A DNA stretch of 64,000 nt from the human T2T-CHM13v2.0 reference genome, Homo sapiens, in the NCBI RefSeq assembly GCF_009914755.1, contig NC_060933.1; one strand, written 5' to 3'. Positions 62,756 to 64,000 of this stretch are shown here, piece after piece. Every line of letters begins with the position of its first letter. Position 1 is the stretch's first letter. A model generated the notes under the pieces. That model did not search any database. It saw only the letters and a list, made by a program, of their open reading frames with translations, and had not been told where the DNA came from. Both the position numbers and the translations under genes were made by a program.

Positions 62756-62962
62756 AATACAAGTCTATATAAAACCTTGTATAAAGTTAGGCTGTTATTT
62801 AAATTATTGTATCATCCTTTAGACATTCACTTTTATGGAGAGGAAAAGAGAGAAGGTAGCTCAGAAATAGGTTGGTAGGAAAATTCAGGTTTTAAAAATG
62901 GTTGGTGGCATTTGAGTTGTATAGAAATAATTTAGATTTGAGTATTTTTTGAACATATAGTC

Positions 62963-63329
<367 letters not shown>

Positions 63330-64000
63330 TGACACCCAAAGCTTCTCACTTTTTTTAGTACATTTGAAAATTGGAATTCATGCAAAAAGAGTTAGTCATT
63401 TATATTGGAATAAGTTCACGGTCACCTTGAAGTTTCTTTTTGTACATGGAGGATGACGTGCCTGTTTTACTGTCTTGTCTAAGAGCTGAGCAATTAGGCA
63501 GAAGAATGGCATTTACGGAATTTTTGGCATTAGATTTCGGGCTGATATTGATTGGAATATTTCAAGTTGTCATCTTGAGCTTCAGGCGTCAATCAGTGCC
63601 CTAGCCTGGGCGGGAACAAGGAGATTGCTCCAGGAAGTTTGGGCTTGAGCATGCTCGCTGGTGACATCCTGCCACCTTGTGGCCAGCTCTGGACTTCAGC
63701 ATTAGGCCTCGTCCCCTAAGTGGCCAGGCTGCTTTCCGCTGTGCCCAAGCTGCAAAAGCAATCTGTGACAATCATTTCCAGGCTTCTGGATTGACAGCAC
63801 GATTCTATGGGTTCTATTCATTATTTATAGATTCTTCTATTGATCATAAAATATTTGTGTTGCACCCCTGTCCCAAAGGAGTTTCCATATTCCTTTTATT
63901 CTTTAAGAGCGCTGGCGTAGCTGATAGGACAGCAGAAATGGAAAAAGGTTAAGTGTTGGAAATGTCAATCTTGATTCTGCTCTGAAATTGATTCTTGCTT

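Overview
Primate, almost certainly human, non-coding DNA (intronic or intergenic) with no recognisable intact protein-coding exon. The window is dense in interspersed repeats: about 29 Alu-family copies, one 2.1-kb primate L1PA 3' fragment, older L1M/L2/MIR pieces, MaLR/ERVL/ERV1 LTRs and hAT/Tigger DNA-transposon fossils, many nested with visible target-site duplications (TSDs). The supplied ORFs are Alu, L1 or simple-repeat artefacts. I cannot identify the locus, and I see no convincing new multi-gene system. The most interesting signals are small: a tailless, TSD-flanked tRNA-Gln 5'-half retrocopy (48816-48858); a candidate 6-nt microexon (22515-22520); a consensus splice donor abutting a 520-bp UG repeat, resembling a TDP-43-repressed cryptic exon (8360-8957); an internally primed tailless Alu (42501-42755); an Alu/unknown/poly-A chimera (17876-18046); and several fold-back palindromes. 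Repeat subfamily names come from my recall of consensus sequences and need RepeatMasker/Dfam confirmation; boundaries of old repeats are approximate.
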